In this document: positions 42,684 through 52,687 of the stretch, piece by piece
How the letters are laid out: each line of letters starts with the position of its first letter
Position numbering within the stretch: position 1 is the first letter of the stretch
NCBI GenBank assembly: GCA_045125705.1
Contig: JBGVNQ010000020.1
Coordinates: 3,783 to 67,782, forward strand
DNA from: Akkermansia sp.
GTDB lineage: Bacteria > Verrucomicrobiota > Verrucomicrobiia > Verrucomicrobiales > Akkermansiaceae
Direction: 5' to 3'
DNA: 64,000 nucleotides
Notes under the pieces: model-generated
Told to the model about the DNA's origin: nothing
Database searches by the model: none
What the model saw: the letters and a program-made list of their open reading frames with translations, nothing else
Position numbers and translations under genes: made by a program

Positions 42684-43079
42684 TTATACCAGCGCTATCA
42701 GAGATATGAGTATCGTGAACAGCAAGGGTACAAGAACCGCTGAAAATACACTACGCCACAAGTGGTATTTAAGCAACTTGAGGCTGACCAACAAGGGAGC
42801 AAACAGAAACAGGATCAAGAATCCCTGCTGCACTGCGCTTGTCCAGCTTGTGTATTCTCCGCAGATAAGAACAGAGCATGGCGCTACCGCGAGGATGAGA
42901 GCGATACAGATGAAACAGCTGATACTACTGAGCACGATAGCCAGAACAAGCTTAAGCAAGCTTGCAGGAGAGCCGATACCGGCCAACACATAACTCAATG
43001 CTGCAGCCACACCATAGACAAAGGGATATCCGATGCAGAACAGAAGCGACGTCGGGTAAGATAATATGCTGTCAGACAT
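42684..43079 (-). CDS. Small 4-TM membrane protein, unknown function
   Basis: 131 aa from the ATG at 43079, almost entirely hydrophobic. It starts 13 nt downstream of the preceding gene. Confidence 0.5.
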   Translation of the reverse strand: MSDSILSYPTSLLFCIGYPFVYGVAAALSYVLAGIGSPASLLKLVLAIVLSSISCFICIALILAVAPCSVLICGEYTSWTSAVQQGFLILFLFAPLLVSLKLLKYHLWRSVFSAVLVPLLFTILISLIALV

Positions 43080-43092
43080 GTCATCGGCTGAT

Positions 43093-43932
43093 TCAAACGA
43101 GCGGCAAATCGGCAATCTTTGCCTGAGTGAGCTGGTCGTGCAGTTCTACCCCCGCCTCCAGGATGGGGCTCCCCATGCAATCCACCAGGCGGCACGCAGC
43201 CTTGCCCACGCAGGCAGACTCGTACCTCGCAATCCACTCCTGGGATTCAGGGGAATGAATGGATTCCGAATCAACAGGGCGAGGGAATCGTGTAATCCCA
43301 ACTCTGTATGGCTTAGGAGTCAGCCTCGCCCGCCAGCACTGCTGTCGCTCACACATGGCGACATAGAGAGGGTCGGCGTGCAGTGCCGCAAAGAGCTGTT
43401 TCATCCGGGGTGATGAGGGTGCAAGGTCATTCCCCGTAAGCATGATGCGCCAGCCATTGTGAGTGCGGTACACGCGTGCACCGAGGCTGGAATCCTGCTC
43501 GCAAAGGCTACGGACAATGCCAAGCAGCTTATCCTCCGGCGAGAGCTTGTTGCCAAACCAACCGCGCACCGTCTCGCCAAACGAAAGAGGAACATCATCT
43601 ACATCGACAAAACAGAGGGATGTACTGTTGAGCACCTGCACGCCATATCGGTTGCGGGTAATGACGAGGTCCTCACTCAACTGCCGTACTACGGGCTCAA
43701 GCAATAACACTGAGTATTCATCCTCACCTATCTCATCCAACGCACGCAGTTTCGCTCGGTAGTCATCAAAATTTCCTCCGGGCATACGCAGGAACTCAGC
43801 ACGCAGACCGCGGCGGGCTTCAAGTCGCTCGCGGGCTTCTTCCATGGATGTAAACGATATGCCTCGTAAACGCCACATCTGGCCATCAATACCTTTGCTG
43901 CGCTCAGTTGTCCAGAATGGAGGAATTTTCAT
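43093..43932 (-). CDS. Hypothetical cytoplasmic protein (weak primase-polymerase-like DxD / H motifs)
   Basis: 279 aa. LCFVDVDD and RVYRTHNGWRIML loosely resemble AEP motifs I and II. No confident family assignment. Confidence 0.5.
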   Translation of the reverse strand: MKIPPFWTTERSKGIDGQMWRLRGISFTSMEEARERLEARRGLRAEFLRMPGGNFDDYRAKLRALDEIGEDEYSVLLLEPVVRQLSEDLVITRNRYGVQVLNSTSLCFVDVDDVPLSFGETVRGWFGNKLSPEDKLLGIVRSLCEQDSSLGARVYRTHNGWRIMLTGNDLAPSSPRMKQLFAALHADPLYVAMCERQQCWRARLTPKPYRVGITRFPRPVDSESIHSPESQEWIARYESACVGKAACRLVDCMGSPILEAGVELHDQLTQAKIADLPLV

Positions 43933-43993
43933 TTCTGTATCTTATAGAATGGAATGTCTTGCGTCAAGCAGATTCCACAGTCAATCTCCAGCC

Positions 43994-44022
43994 TTGAGTG
44001 CACGGCGGAACTATGTTAGAAT
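43994..44022 (+). promoter_or_regulatory. sigma70-like promoter TTGAGT-17-TGtTAGAAT, 6 nt before the start codon (leaderless geometry)
   Basis: Hexamers at 43994-43999 and 44017-44022, TG at 44014-44015. The menD ATG is at 44029. Confidence 0.45.
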
Positions 44023-44028
44023 CCACGC

Positions 44029-45630
44029 ATGATTAGTGAGAAGCCTGTGGTGCAGGAACTGGTGGCGCTGATGCTGGCGCATGGGGTAACAAGAGCTGTG
44101 CTTTGCCCCGGAAGCCGCAACTCTCCCATCGTGGCCACGCTGGCCGCCTGTGCAGACGTGGAATGCCGCAGCGTGACCGATGAACGCAGCGCAGGATTTG
44201 TTGCTCTTGGCTGGGCGCAGCAGGCACAGGCGCCTGTGGCGGTGGTGGTTACCTCCGGCAGCGCTGTGCTGAATGTGCATCCTGCTGTAGCAGAGGCATA
44301 CTATCGCAAAACTCCTCTGCTAGTCATTTCTGCAGACCGCCCTGCTTCATGGATTGGCCAGAACGATGGCCAGACCCTGCCCCAACCCGGAGTTTTCGGT
44401 TCACTTGTGCGCTTTTCCGCACAAGTGCCGGAGGAGGACGCCTGGCACGCCAACCGAATCATCAACGAGGCATTGCTGGAACTGAGCCATCGCGGAGGCG
44501 GCCCGGTGCACCTGAACATCCCCCTTACCGAGCCGTTTTTCGGCATGGTAGAAGAAACACTGCCCGTGGTGCGAGTCATTAAGCGCACTGAAGCAGCCCG
44601 CATGAATGCCGATGAGGAAGAAGCACTGCTGGAGGAAGCCTCTGCGCTGCCACGCAGGCTGATTCTGCTTGGCCAGCAATCCGCCCCTTCCCTCATGCTC
44701 GCTAAGCTGGCGGCGGATAAGCAATTTGCCGTGGTGGGTGAACACATTGCCAACGCTCCCTTTGCCGACTGCAACCGCCCAGATGTCCTGCTGGGCAATA
44801 ATCCGGATGCAGCCAGGAGTCCCGATTTGCTCATTACCTGCGGCGGTGATGTCATCTCGAAACGGCTGAAAAAGCTTCTGCGCAGCAATCCACCCAAGGC
44901 TCACTGGCACATCTCTGCCGATGGCGAAGTGGTGGACAGCTTCTGTGCGCTTACCCGGGTACTGGAAGGCGACCCGGAGGAATTCTGGGATTTGCTGGCA
45001 GCTTTCGCCGAAGAAGGAGACGATACCTACCGCACACGCTGGCAGACTGAACCGGCCTCATTTCAGGAGGATGAATTCTGCGGCATGAAGTTCGTGGGAG
45101 AGCTGATGAAGAATCTGCCCGCCGGCAGCGTGCTGCACCTGGGCAACAGCTCAGCCGTGCGCTACGCCCAGCTTTTCCCCATGCCCCAGGGGATACAGGT
45201 GGAATGCAACCGTGGAGTCAACGGTATTGAAGGCAGTGTGTCTGCCGCCGCCGGACATGCCATGGCAACACCGGATAAGCTCCATTTCCTTATCATCGGC
45301 GATTTAAGCGTATTTTACGATTTAAACGGTCTGCTCATGGCTCAGCAATGTCCCAATCTGAGAATTCTTTTACTGAACAACCAGGAAGGCGGCATCTTTG
45401 GCACCCTGCCCGGCATGCCGGATTGCCCCCAGATACGGGCGCCGCATGGCGAGAGCATCATGGGCTGGTGCGGGTGCAATTTCCGCTGCAGGCAGGTGCT
45501 CATTGAATTCCACTGGGAAGAAGCACTGAAAGTACTGCTTTCTACAGAGCCCGAACCGGTACTGGTAGAGCTTTTCACCGAAACGAGGCAGGATGCCGCC
45601 ATTTTGAAAAACTTTTACACGAATATCTGA
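44029..45630 (+). CDS. menD: 2-succinyl-5-enolpyruvyl-6-hydroxy-3-cyclohexene-1-carboxylate synthase (ThDP enzyme)
   Basis: N-terminal [10 protein letters not shown], a ThDP motif [12 protein letters not shown]...NN, and genomic context with menB and menC. Confidence 0.85.
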   Translation: MISEKPVVQELVALMLAHGVTRAVLCPGSRNSPIVATLAACADVECRSVTDERSAGFVALGWAQQAQAPVAVVVTSGSAVLNVHPAVAEAYYRKTPLLVISADRPASWIGQNDGQTLPQPGVFGSLVRFSAQVPEEDAWHANRIINEALLELSHRGGGPVHLNIPLTEPFFGMVEETLPVVRVIKRTEAARMNADEEEALLEEASALPRRLILLGQQSAPSLMLAKLAADKQFAVVGEHIANAPFADCNRPDVLLGNNPDAARSPDLLITCGGDVISKRLKKLLRSNPPKAHWHISADGEVVDSFCALTRVLEGDPEEFWDLLAAFAEEGDDTYRTRWQTEPASFQEDEFCGMKFVGELMKNLPAGSVLHLGNSSAVRYAQLFPMPQGIQVECNRGVNGIEGSVSAAAGHAMATPDKLHFLIIGDLSVFYDLNGLLMAQQCPNLRILLLNNQEGGIFGTLPGMPDCPQIRAPHGESIMGWCGCNFRCRQVLIEFHWEEALKVLLSTEPEPVLVELFTETRQDAAILKNFYTNI

Positions 45631-45632
45631 CT

Positions 45633-46451
45633 ATGAAACGCGAGTGGACTACAATCAAGGAATATGAGGATATTATCTTCGATAAGTACAACGGCATTGC
45701 CCGTATCACCATCAACCGCGAGCGCTACCGGAACGCCTTCACCCCGCTGACTACGGCAGAAATGAGCGATGCGCTGCGCCTCTGCCGCGAGATGCAGGAC
45801 ATCTCGGTAGTGGTGCTCACCGGTGCGGGTGACACGGCATTCTGCGCCGGCGGCGACATGAATGTGAAAGGCCGCGGTGGCTATGTGGACACGGAGGGCA
45901 TTCCGCGTCTCTCGGTGCTGGATGTGCAGAAGCAGATTCGCTCTCTGCCCAAGCCTGTGATTGCTGCGGTGAATGGCTTTGCCATCGGCGGTGGTCATGT
46001 GCTGCACGTGGTCTGTGACCTCTCCATTGCCTCAGAGAACGCCATTTTCGGCCAGACTGGTCCCCGCGTCGGCAGCTTCGATGCCGGCTTTGGCTCCTCG
46101 TACATGGCCCGCTGCATCGGCCAGAAGAAGACGCGCGAAATCTGGTTCCTCTGCCGCAAGTACAATGCACAGGAGGCGCTGGAAATGGGACTGGTGAACA
46201 AGGTAGTACCGCTGGAGCAGCTCGAGGACGAGTATGTGCAGTGGGCTGAAGAAATGATGCAGCACTCGCCCATCGCGCTGCGCCTCATCAAGGCCGGGCT
46301 CAACGCTGAACTCGACGGCCAGGCCGGTATTCAGGAACTGGCGGGTGATGCCACCATGCTCTTCTACATGTGCGACGAAGCACACGAAGGCTCTCAGGCA
46401 TTCCTTGAGAAACGCAAGCCTGATTACTCCAAGTATCCGAAACTGCCCTGA
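45633..46451 (+). CDS. menB: 1,4-dihydroxy-2-naphthoyl-CoA synthase
   Basis: Crotonase fold with MenB blocks ([38 protein letters not shown]). Confidence 0.9.
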   Translation: MKREWTTIKEYEDIIFDKYNGIARITINRERYRNAFTPLTTAEMSDALRLCREMQDISVVVLTGAGDTAFCAGGDMNVKGRGGYVDTEGIPRLSVLDVQKQIRSLPKPVIAAVNGFAIGGGHVLHVVCDLSIASENAIFGQTGPRVGSFDAGFGSSYMARCIGQKKTREIWFLCRKYNAQEALEMGLVNKVVPLEQLEDEYVQWAEEMMQHSPIALRLIKAGLNAELDGQAGIQELAGDATMLFYMCDEAHEGSQAFLEKRKPDYSKYPKLP

Positions 46452-47467
46452 TGCAGCTTATCGATGCAGCACCGCTGAGGCATTTTCCACAGCCGCTTAA
46501 GCTGCGGTGGCAGCGGCGTGTGCTGCATTTCAAACGTCCGGCAGCCACATCCCGGGGCTCTCTGACAGAGCGTACTACCTATATCATCGAAGCAGAAACG
46601 CCCGCTGGTATCGGCTGTGGAGAATGCTGCATCATGCCCGGGCTTCTTCCGGAAATACAGGAAGAAGAGCTGGACGCGTGGTGCAGGCTGGTGGAGCTAC
46701 ACCAAGGGCTACCTGAAAAAAACTTACCTTCCCCGATACAATTCGGGCTGGAGTGCGCTTTGCAGGCTGCGATGAATCCCGGAAGCCCCCGCTGGAATAC
46801 CCCTTTTGCACGAAGGGAATGCGGAATTCCGATTCATCACCTCATCTGGATGAACAACTGCGAAAACATGCTCGCAGCCATGCAGGATGGAGTGAGCCGG
46901 GGGTTCACCTGCCTGAAGATGAAGGTGGGCGCCCTGCCCTTTGAGCAGGAGCTGGAGATGCTTCACGAAGCACACAGGGCTTTTCCCTCTGTGGAATTGA
47001 GAGTAGATGCCAATGGTGCTTTTTCTTCTACACACGCTTTAACAAAGCTTGAGGCTCTCTCAGCAGCTGGTGTAAGTTTCATTGAACAACCTATCCGTCC
47101 GCACCAATGGACAGACATGGCAGAATTATGCCACCAATCCCCCCTGCCCATTGCGCTGGATGAAGAGCTGATTAACGCGCCGATTTCAGAGCTGCTGGAT
47201 ACTGTACATCCTCAGGCGGTCGTGCTGAAGCCCTCACTACACGGTGGACTGCTGAAAGCCCAGGAATGGGCACAACAAGCAGAAGAACGAGGCATTCGAT
47301 GGTGGGTGAATTCTGCACTTGAAAGCAACATCGGACTCACCGCGTTAGCTGAGTGGTGTGCCTATGCAGCCCCTGGGCAGATGCAGGCACTCGGCACGGG
47401 AAAATTGTTTACAGATGACACCTCCGGGGCGGTAGAGTTGGTAGGCAATAACCTGAAAATGCTGTAA
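46451..47467 (+). CDS. menC: o-succinylbenzoate synthase (enolase superfamily)
   Basis: Enolase-superfamily barrel motifs (KMKVG, LRVDANG, IEQP, ALDEE). TGATG overlap with the menB stop codon. Confidence 0.75.
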   Translation: MQLIDAAPLRHFPQPLKLRWQRRVLHFKRPAATSRGSLTERTTYIIEAETPAGIGCGECCIMPGLLPEIQEEELDAWCRLVELHQGLPEKNLPSPIQFGLECALQAAMNPGSPRWNTPFARRECGIPIHHLIWMNNCENMLAAMQDGVSRGFTCLKMKVGALPFEQELEMLHEAHRAFPSVELRVDANGAFSSTHALTKLEALSAAGVSFIEQPIRPHQWTDMAELCHQSPLPIALDEELINAPISELLDTVHPQAVVLKPSLHGGLLKAQEWAQQAEERGIRWWVNSALESNIGLTALAEWCAYAAPGQMQALGTGKLFTDDTSGAVELVGNNLKML

Positions 47468-47521
47468 AACTGATAGAATACTTGAACAAATCACGTATTA
47501 TTTGCGTCAACAAGTGTAATC

Positions 47522-48466
47522 ATGAGCAAATTCATCACCTTCAGTTCGGTCATGGCTCTGGCCATGAGCTCGCCCATGTTGCTGGCAAATGTTCCCACGC
47601 TGCGCGCTATGCCCACCAATCTGGTCACCGCTCAGGCTCGTGGTAATTGCGATCTGATGGCATCAAACACGGTGCGCGCCTCCTTTGTGGGGCTGCGTGA
47701 CCTTGCCGTGCAGCGCATTGACCAGGATGAACCCACCACCGTGCAAGTTGGCGTGTTCCAGGTAATTGACAGCCTGGCCTACCGTCGCTACAACCGTATC
47801 GGTGATGGTCAGCTCACCCCCGGCATGCAGTTCACCATCGGCATGAACAAGGAGCTGCCCGGCCAGCCGGCTGAAAACGTGGATACTATCGCAGCGCTGC
47901 AGCCCGGCGAAGAAGTGGTGATGCGCGTTGACCACCTTTACCTTATCACCGGTCAGGAGGGTGAATCCCTGCGCGTGTGCGCCCGGCTTGCCCGCCGCAA
48001 TCCTAATCCTGCACCCGTGCAGCCTGCTGCAGCCCCAGCTCCGCTGCCCATCCCCGGTGCACAGCAGGCAGTTCCCGGCAATGGCATGATGCACATGACC
48101 AGCCGTAGCTTCTCCTTCTCGTCCGATTCCAACGGCCAGATGCAGACAGTGCAGACCAGCCGCGTATATGACCCGAACACGGGCGAAATCAAGACCCGTA
48201 TGATGATTAACGGGGTGGAGGTTGACCCTGTGACCCGCCAGCCTCTTGCACTTGCCACGCCTCAGCCGACACCCGCTCCGGTCGATGCCGAACAGGCTCA
48301 GCAGGAAGCTGAGGAGGACGAAGAGAACGATACCATCGTAGAGCACAACAACAATCCCGTGGTGCAACCTGGAGATGACCCCGTGCTCACCCCGGAAATC
48401 ACGCCTTCTGCAGAGCCTTCACCTGCCACCAATGAGGGGCAGATGAATGCAGCCGACAGCTTCTGA
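47522..48466 (+). CDS. Secreted Pro/Ala/Gln-rich hypothetical protein
   Basis: Signal peptide, then low-complexity PAPVQPAAAPAPLPIP and an acidic QQEAEEDEEND tail. Confidence 0.55.
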   Translation: MSKFITFSSVMALAMSSPMLLANVPTLRAMPTNLVTAQARGNCDLMASNTVRASFVGLRDLAVQRIDQDEPTTVQVGVFQVIDSLAYRRYNRIGDGQLTPGMQFTIGMNKELPGQPAENVDTIAALQPGEEVVMRVDHLYLITGQEGESLRVCARLARRNPNPAPVQPAAAPAPLPIPGAQQAVPGNGMMHMTSRSFSFSSDSNGQMQTVQTSRVYDPNTGEIKTRMMINGVEVDPVTRQPLALATPQPTPAPVDAEQAQQEAEEDEENDTIVEHNNNPVVQPGDDPVLTPEITPSAEPSPATNEGQMNAADSF

Positions 48467-48489
48467 TAACAGAGTCGGAAATATTTGAC

Positions 48490-48525
48490 AAACGCGCCAC
48501 CTGGTTTTTCGGGTGGCGCGTTTTT
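48490..48525 (+). terminator. Rho-independent terminator
   Basis: AAACGCGCCACC-TGGTTTTTCG-GGTGGCGCGTTT followed by TT. Confidence 0.7.
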
Positions 48526-48565
48526 ACATTGCGAGGTAGCGGGAGCTGTGTTACACTGCTGCTGC

Positions 48566-48973
48566 ATGGTAGAAGAAACTTCAGGAGTACCATTTTTTGC
48601 TGAAGGTGTGGCTGCAGGCTTCCCCTCGCCTGCGACTGGCGAACTGAATGGCACCTTGGATTTGAACCAGCTCTGTGTGCGGCATCCTGCCGCCACTTAT
48701 TTTGTACGGGCTCGCGGCGACAGCATGACGGGAGCAGGCATAGACGATGGCGATGTGCTGGTCGTAGACCGCAGCACGACTGTAACCAACGGGGCTATCA
48801 TCATAGCCTCCATACATGGAGAGTTCACCGTAAAGAGACTGGATAAGCGAGGCGAGAAAGTGCGCTTGCTGCCGGAAAATCCTGCCTTCAAACCGATTGA
48901 AATCACGCCAGGGTGCGGGGCCGAGTTTTTCGGTGTGGTCACCTTCGTCATCAAGGACATGAAGGTACGCTGA
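48566..48973 (+). CDS. umuD: UmuD-like S24 self-cleaving peptidase (LexA/UmuD family, no DNA-binding domain)
   Basis: VAAGFPSPA cleavage-site region, Ser in RGDSMTGAGI and Lys in FTVKRL. 135 aa from the ATG at 48566. Confidence 0.75.
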   Translation: MVEETSGVPFFAEGVAAGFPSPATGELNGTLDLNQLCVRHPAATYFVRARGDSMTGAGIDDGDVLVVDRSTTVTNGAIIIASIHGEFTVKRLDKRGEKVRLLPENPAFKPIEITPGCGAEFFGVVTFVIKDMKVR

Positions 48974-48983
48974 ATAATGAAAA

Positions 48984-49009
48984 TCACCAGCAGCCGAAGC
49001 TGCTGGTGA
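48984..49009. terminator. Bidirectional terminator between convergent umuD-like and infC genes
   Basis: TCACCAGCAGC-CGAA-GCTGCTGGTGA forms a perfect 11-bp stem. Confidence 0.65.
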
Positions 49010-49043
49010 CTTGAAAAAGTCCTAATTGTCAGGATAGTGAGCT

Positions 49044-49766
49044 TTATTCTTCGCCCAGATCGTCTGTGGCGTCGAACTCGTCCGATTCGGCATCAAAATC
49101 AGCCTCCTCGTACTTCTTGAACTTCTTGACACGCTGGTTGGCAGGGAGCGGAGCCAGCACCATGGTAACCGTGTTACCGGCAAGCTTGGCAGGCTGGTCT
49201 ACCTGGCCCATGGTCTTCATATCTTCCACCACTTTAGCCATCACATCCAGACCAAGCTCACGGTGAGCATTTTCGCGGTTGCGGAAACGAAGCTGGAAAC
49301 GCACCTTATGGCCATGGTCAAGGAACTGCTCGGTACGAGCCATCTTGACGTTGTAGTCATTCACGTCGGTACCCACGCGAAGTTTGACTTCCTTCATCTT
49401 GGTCACCTTCGACTTGTTGTTCTTCTGCAGCTTAGCCTGCATATACTTGAACTTGCCGTAGTCGATGAGACGACAGACAGGCGGGTCTGCATTGGGGGCG
49501 ACTTCTACGAGGTCGAGACCGATTTCCTTGGCCTTGGCGAGGGCATCTCGGGTGGCCATGACGCCGAGCTGGTCACCCTTGGCGGTGACTACTCGTACCT
49601 TGGGAGCGCGGATGCGGTCGTTGACGCGAATCTGCGGTGCATTATTGGAGCCTTTATCGCGGTTAGGGCGATTGGCCGGCTTATTGGGTTTCTGGGGGGC
49701 TGCCACTTGTGTGTGTTCTTGGTTAGTCCTGGGGTCTACCGTCAGGCGGGATGGCTCACGGTCCAT
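49044..49766 (-). CDS. infC: Translation initiation factor IF-3 with N- and C-terminal extensions
   Basis: The IF-3 core is present (IRVNDRIRAPKVRVV...GVMATRDALAKAKEIGLDLVEV...). There is a basic N-terminal tail of about 45 aa and an acidic C-terminal tail. Confidence 0.9.
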   Translation of the reverse strand: MDREPSRLTVDPRTNQEHTQVAAPQKPNKPANRPNRDKGSNNAPQIRVNDRIRAPKVRVVTAKGDQLGVMATRDALAKAKEIGLDLVEVAPNADPPVCRLIDYGKFKYMQAKLQKNNKSKVTKMKEVKLRVGTDVNDYNVKMARTEQFLDHGHKVRFQLRFRNRENAHRELGLDVMAKVVEDMKTMGQVDQPAKLAGNTVTMVLAPLPANQRVKKFKKYEEADFDAESDEFDATDDLGEE

Positions 49767-49794
49767 TCCCTGCCTGCCGGTGGAGAGAATTGTT

Positions 49795-51717
49795 TTACTT
49801 CTGTTCCTTTACTTCGGGTTCGAATTCAGGGCGGATCAGGCGCTGGCTGATTTCCTTCTCCAGAGCGGAGATGAACTCATCCACGCCCATGGTGCCGACT
49901 ACATCGAGCTCGCGATGACGCACGGAAACCTTGCCTTCCTCGGCTTCGCGCTGGCCAACTACGAGCATGTAGGGCACGCGGTCGAGACGAGCGTTGCGAA
50001 TCTTGGCGCCAATCTTATCAGGAGCATCATCGAGCTTCACACGCACGAACTTAGAAGCAAGCTTGGCGCGAAGCTCCTCTGCGAAATCAGCCACCTTCTC
50101 GGAGATGGGCAGCACGCGCACCTGCTCAGGAGCAAGCCAGGTCGGGAACTTGCCACCGAAGTGCTCGATAAGCAGGCCAGTGAAACGCTCCATGGAGCCG
50201 AAAGGTGCACGGTGAATCATAACGGGGCGGTGAGGCTTGTTGTCTGCACCTGTGTAGGTGAGGTCAAAGCGCTCAGGCAGGTTGTAGTCCACCTGCACAG
50301 TGCCCAGCTGCCAGTCGCGACCGATGACGTCGCGCACGATGAAGTCAATCTTCGGGCCATAGAAAGCAGCTTCGTTCTCTGCTTCAATGTAGTCGAATCC
50401 TTCCTCGGTGAGCACCTCGCGGAGAGCCTGCTCAGAAAGCTTCCAGTTCTCGATGGTGCCGACATACTTCGAATCAGAGTAATCCTTATCGCGAAGAGAA
50501 AGGCGCACGCGGTAATCATTCATCTGGAGCGTACCGAGAATGTGCTTCACAATGCCGATGCACTGCTGCACTTCTTCCTTAATCTGGTCGGGACGGCAGA
50601 AAATGTGGGCATCGTCCTGAGTGAACCCACGCACGCGGGTCATACCACCCAGCTCGCCGCTCTGCTCCCAACGATACACGGTACCGAACTCTGCCAGACG
50701 CACAGGCAGGTCGCGGTAGGAATGAGGATCGTTGGCATAGATGCGGATGTGGTGCGGGCAGTTCATGGGCTTGAGCATGAAACCACTGATGGTACGAGTA
50801 TCAAGCGCATTGAACAGGTCAGCGCAGGAGGCGTTCTCGTTGCGCAGCATGCGGAAATCATCCGGATCCGGAATGGGCGGGAACTGGCTTTCCTTGTAAT
50901 GCTCCCAGTGGCCGGAGGTCATGTAGAGGTCCAGCTTACCGATGTTGGGGGTGAACACCTGAGAATAGCCGATGCGGTCAAGCTCCTCAGTGATGAAATC
51001 CTGCAGTTCACGACGAATGATAGAACCCTTCGGCTTCCACAGCACAAGGCCCTGACCCACCATCTCATCGATGGCGAAAAGCCCCATCTCACGACCAAGG
51101 CGACGGTGATCGCGTTTCTTGGCCTCTTCAAGGCGAGCGAGATGCTCATCAAGCTGCGTGCGGTTCGGGAAGCAGGTGCCGTAGATGCGCTGCAGGCGGG
51201 GTCCATTGGCATCACCCATGTAGTAGGCAGAAGCCACGCTCATAATCTTGAATGCCTTGCAGTTGCCTGTGCGACCCACATGGGGACCGGCGCAAAGGTC
51301 TGTGAACTCACCATTGCGGAAAATGGAAATTTCCTCGCCTTCGGGAATGCGGTTAAGCAAGTCGACCTTGAACTTGGAAGCCACTTCGCGGGGGCCACCG
51401 GCACCGAGTTCGCCACTCTGAGCCATGGCCATGGCCTCATCGCGGGTCACTGTAGTTCGCTCAAATGTCTGGTTTTCCTTGACAATCTTCTTCATCTCAG
51501 CCTCAATCTGTTCGAATTCGGCAGTGGAGATGTTGTGGTCAAGTTCGATATCGTAGTAAAAGCCATTCTCGATGGCGGGGCCGGCGGCGAGCTGAGCCTG
51601 AGGCCAGATACGGCAAATGGCAGCAGCCAACACGTGCGCACAAGAGTGGCGCAGACGTTCAAGGTCGCTTGCCTGGTTGCGTTCTTCCAGGGTCTTACGT
51701 TCTTTCTGTTCAGACAT
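49795..51717 (-). CDS. thrS: Threonyl-tRNA synthetase
   Basis: Editing-domain HSCAHVLA, class II motifs (FRNGEFTDLCAGPH, GFTQDDAHIF) and an anticodon-binding C-terminus. Confidence 0.93.
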   Translation of the reverse strand: MSEQKERKTLEERNQASDLERLRHSCAHVLAAAICRIWPQAQLAAGPAIENGFYYDIELDHNISTAEFEQIEAEMKKIVKENQTFERTTVTRDEAMAMAQSGELGAGGPREVASKFKVDLLNRIPEGEEISIFRNGEFTDLCAGPHVGRTGNCKAFKIMSVASAYYMGDANGPRLQRIYGTCFPNRTQLDEHLARLEEAKKRDHRRLGREMGLFAIDEMVGQGLVLWKPKGSIIRRELQDFITEELDRIGYSQVFTPNIGKLDLYMTSGHWEHYKESQFPPIPDPDDFRMLRNENASCADLFNALDTRTISGFMLKPMNCPHHIRIYANDPHSYRDLPVRLAEFGTVYRWEQSGELGGMTRVRGFTQDDAHIFCRPDQIKEEVQQCIGIVKHILGTLQMNDYRVRLSLRDKDYSDSKYVGTIENWKLSEQALREVLTEEGFDYIEAENEAAFYGPKIDFIVRDVIGRDWQLGTVQVDYNLPERFDLTYTGADNKPHRPVMIHRAPFGSMERFTGLLIEHFGGKFPTWLAPEQVRVLPISEKVADFAEELRAKLASKFVRVKLDDAPDKIGAKIRNARLDRVPYMLVVGQREAEEGKVSVRHRELDVVGTMGVDEFISALEKEISQRLIRPEFEPEVKEQK

Positions 51718-51802
51718 ATTGTACTAAGTGAGGCAATAATATCGCCCTTTTATGCCAATTTATCAAGCATAATCAATGGCAACAGTGCAAAAAAATCAGC
51801 AT

Positions 51803-52684
51803 TTACGACTTTTTACGACGTTTCCGGAACCCAGGCAATCCAGAACGAAGGCCACGTCTCCGCGTTCTGATTGAATTCATGTGTACCTTCAGGCGATGCA
51901 ACGGCATGCGTAATCTGTGGAAAAAGCCCGATACAGAGCAGTATGAATAAGGGGCTCGTTTACAGGAGTACTCCGCTTCGGAAGAAACGCTTCCGCCAAT
52001 ATCGGAAAGGCTCTCTCCCTGATCAACCAAGACCGGATACAGGGCACAAATACGCACCCCTGGGACAGCGGAAAGATAATCCCTGTACATAGAGTCAATT
52101 GCGCGGTAGCGGGTAAGCCACTCCCATACATTTTCCTCTGTTGGCAAAAGAGAAAGAACTATATCATACATGCTCTGAGGCAACAGGTATGCATGAGTGG
52201 CCAACACTCCCTCTACCTGCCACAAATCTACAGCACCTCCTTTTTTTAACAAACGCCCATACGGAACAGGCTTGTTAAAACCGAGATACAGCATATAATT
52301 TCCTGTTAATTCCTCAAGAGCTTGTGCCAGCATATCTACACCGCTGGCATTGTCTCGAACCACGGCATCGTCTTCCAGAATCAGTACATTCTTCCAGCCT
52401 TCTGCCTTTGCTTTTTCGATGGCCCGACGGTGAGATAAAGCACAACCTGCTGTTCCGCCCCAGAAATTGGCACGGTCTCCGGTTTGCTCAGTAAACCAGG
52501 GTTTCTGACCAAAGGTGGGCAGACGGCGACCGTAAACTGCACTTAAACGCTGAACTTTCTCAAGTGGTAAAGAATTACTGTTTACCTGCTTGAAGCGTTC
52601 ATATCTCTCCACACTTTCATCCAGATTGATGACCAATATGCCATCTATCTTATCCCATGCCGAATGGTATGATTGAGTGTGCAT
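51803..52684 (-). CDS. Glycosyltransferase family 25 (LOS/LPS glycosyltransferase-like)
   Basis: GILVINLDESVERYERF and GTAGCALSHRRAIEKA resemble GT25 (Lic2B/LpsA type). Confidence 0.7.
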   Translation of the reverse strand: MHTQSYHSAWDKIDGILVINLDESVERYERFKQVNSNSLPLEKVQRLSAVYGRRLPTFGQKPWFTEQTGDRANFWGGTAGCALSHRRAIEKAKAEGWKNVLILEDDAVVRDNASGVDMLAQALEELTGNYMLYLGFNKPVPYGRLLKKGGAVDLWQVEGVLATHAYLLPQSMYDIVLSLLPTEENVWEWLTRYRAIDSMYRDYLSAVPGVRICALYPVLVDQGESLSDIGGSVSSEAEYSCKRAPYSYCSVSGFFHRLRMPLHRLKVHMNSIRTRRRGLRSGLPGFRKRRKKS

Positions 52685-52687
52685 AAG

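Noticed and set aside
49465-51870. 801-aa ORF antisense to infC/thrS
   Set aside because: It is a shadow ORF opposite two unambiguous translation genes.
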